NCBI GenBank assembly: GCA_022614805.1
Contig: JAKEHY010000002.1
Span: 4,726-68,725, forward strand
Length of the DNA stretch: 64,000 nucleotides
From: Candidatus Zixiibacteriota bacterium
GTDB taxonomy: Bacteria; Zixibacteria; MSB-5A5; DSPP01
Direction: 5' to 3'
Shown here: one piece after another, positions 62,495 through 64,000 of the stretch
Numbering within the stretch: the stretch's first letter is position 1
Layout: each line of letters starts with the position of its first letter
Made by a program: the position numbers and the translations under genes
Notes under the pieces: model-generated
The model's database searches: none
What the model saw: the letters and a program-made list of their open reading frames with translations, nothing else
Told to the model about the DNA's origin: nothing

Positions 62495-63115
62495 ATGACC
62501 AGCACCGATAAAGCGGAAAAAGAAACCGGACGGATTGAGGCGTTTAGCGACGGGGTCTTTGCCATCGCCATCACCCTTTTGGTCATCGACCTCAAGGTTT
62601 CCCCTCCTTCGGGCTCGGAGGGGCTGGTCTACAAACTATTGGAAGAATGGCCCCGTTTTCTGGCCTTTTTGACCAGCTTTGCCACCATTCTCATCCTCTG
62701 GGTGAACCACCACAATCTTTTCAACCACATCGTTCGCTCCAACACCCTTTTTATGTTTTTGAACGGCTCCCTTTTGTTTTGCGTCACTTTTGTGCCGTTT
62801 CCCACCTCGCTTGTCGCGGAGTATATGGGAGATACGGGGGAGACCACGGCGATGGTGCTGTACTCGGGAACGATGCTGGCAATGGCCTTCGCCTATAATA
62901 TTCTCTGGCGCTACGCCTCCCACAAGCACCGCCTGCTGGCCAAAAGCGTCACGGCGGGGCAGGTGAAAAGCATCAACCGGCAATATTTCGTCGGCCCGGT
63001 GTTTTACGGGCTGGCTTTCATCCTGGCTTTTGCAAACGTGACCGCCAGCTTGATTTTGATTATTTCGCTGGCCGCGTTCTTCGCCATCACCGCTTCCGTT
63101 AGTCGCGAATCGTAG
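62495..63115 (+). CDS. TMEM175-family potassium/proton channel (DUF1211)
   Basis: RIEAFSDGVFAIAITLLV, W.NHH, PFPT. Confidence 0.92.
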   Translation: MTSTDKAEKETGRIEAFSDGVFAIAITLLVIDLKVSPPSGSEGLVYKLLEEWPRFLAFLTSFATILILWVNHHNLFNHIVRSNTLFMFLNGSLLFCVTFVPFPTSLVAEYMGDTGETTAMVLYSGTMLAMAFAYNILWRYASHKHRLLAKSVTAGQVKSINRQYFVGPVFYGLAFILAFANVTASLILIISLAAFFAITASVSRES

Positions 63116-63196
63116 CTCTCTTTCCGTACTAAGCGGCACCAAATTTAACTTCTGAAACACCGCAGAACTGCCGATACAAAGGCAAAAGGAGGGTTT

Positions 63197-63697
63197 GTGA
63201 AAAAGTTCCTGATCGCCATCTTTATCCTGGCCGTCGCCGCGGGGCTGCGAGCCCAGACCACCGCTACCAAACCGAGCACCCCCGCCGCTCCGGCTCAAAA
63301 CAAACCGGCCGCAGCCAAAACCGGCGCCACCAAGGCCGCCGACATCAAAACCCTTTTATCCTTGACCCAAGCCGGAGAGCTGGCCGTTTCGATGATGCAG
63401 GAGATGTTAAATTCCTACCGGCAGAGTTTGCCGAAGGTCCCCGATGAATTCTGGCTCAAATTTGCCAAGAAAATCAAAACCGAGGATTTGGTCGAGATGC
63501 TGGTGCCGATTTACGACCGGCATTTGACCCACGCGGACGTGACTTCCTTAATCGAGTTTTTCGAAAGCCCCGTAGGGAAAAAGCTTATTTCCGTTCAGCC
63601 GGCCATAATGAAAGAATCGATGCAGGTCGGGCAGGTCTGGGGGGAAAAGCTGGCCAACGAAGTGACCGCCGAACTGCAAAAACAGGGATACCGGTAG
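63197..63697 (+). CDS. DUF2059 domain secreted protein
   Basis: Signal peptide, IY..H.T..D...LI.FF.SP.GKK, G..WG. Confidence 0.85.
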   Translation: MKKFLIAIFILAVAAGLRAQTTATKPSTPAAPAQNKPAAAKTGATKAADIKTLLSLTQAGELAVSMMQEMLNSYRQSLPKVPDEFWLKFAKKIKTEDLVEMLVPIYDRHLTHADVTSLIEFFESPVGKKLISVQPAIMKESMQVGQVWGEKLANEVTAELQKQGYR

Positions 63698-63769
63698 AAA
63701 CCACCATCCGGAATAAAGGGGCCGCTTCTCCGCACAGCCGGGGTTGACGGTCTCTTTTTTTGCCTTATT

Positions 63770-63787
63770 ATGTGAATGCGTTCACAA
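63770..63787. promoter_or_regulatory. Rex operator
   Basis: ATGTGAA-TGCG-TTCACAA, one mismatch from TTGTGAA-N4-TTCACAA, 14 bp upstream of rex. Confidence 0.85.
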
Positions 63788-63801
63788 GAACGTGGAAGCG
63801 T

Positions 63802-64000
63802 ATGCCCAGAAACCGCCGCATATCGGAGTCGACCGTCCGCCGGCTTTCGATTTATTACCGGCTTTTGAGCGGATTGGAAAAAGAGGGAGCGCCGACCGTC
63901 TCCTCCCGCGAGCTGGCGGAAAAGGAAAAACTGACCCCCGCCCAGGTGCGGAAGGATTTATCCTTTTTCGGCAGCTTCGGCACCCGCGGGCTGGGGTATC
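63802..64000 (+). CDS. rex: Redox-sensing transcriptional repressor Rex (partial)
   Basis: Manual translation [22 protein letters not shown]...VSSRELA...[20 protein letters not shown]. Confidence 0.93.
   Translation, partial: MPRNRRISESTVRRLSIYYRLLSGLEKEGAPTVSSRELAEKEKLTPAQVRKDLSFFGSFGTRGLGY

Overview
Mostly core chromosome of a GC-rich diderm bacterium. It is probably Zixibacteria or another FCB-group lineage; this is inferred from an SBBP-propeller/dockerin protein and a short RpoD-type sigma factor. Two perfect parS sites suggest the window lies near the replication origin. Housekeeping content includes groESL with CIRCE, purL, hutU, queDEC-folE2, queF, rpsF-rpsR-rplI, rplY, prs, mutY, degP, lepA, rex with a Rex box, tRNA-fMet and several two-component genes. 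The most notable observations are: (1) an unannotated small membrane protein read through an in-frame UGA in a C-T-U motif, with a bacterial SECIS-like hairpin directly downstream (candidate new selenoprotein, 42241-42600 minus); (2) an intact Mre11/SbcD-like gene that has lost nearly all metal ligands, paired with a membrane-anchored Rad50/YhaN-like ATPase; (3) a compact Spt/bCerS/CerR-like ceramide synthesis locus; (4) a FadL channel paired with a serine-less esterase-fold lipoprotein; (5) AT-rich defence-like insertions (TPR + HEPN-like, HNH nuclease); (6) several dispersed REP-like repeat families. All calls are from visual reading and motif recognition; no database searches were run.
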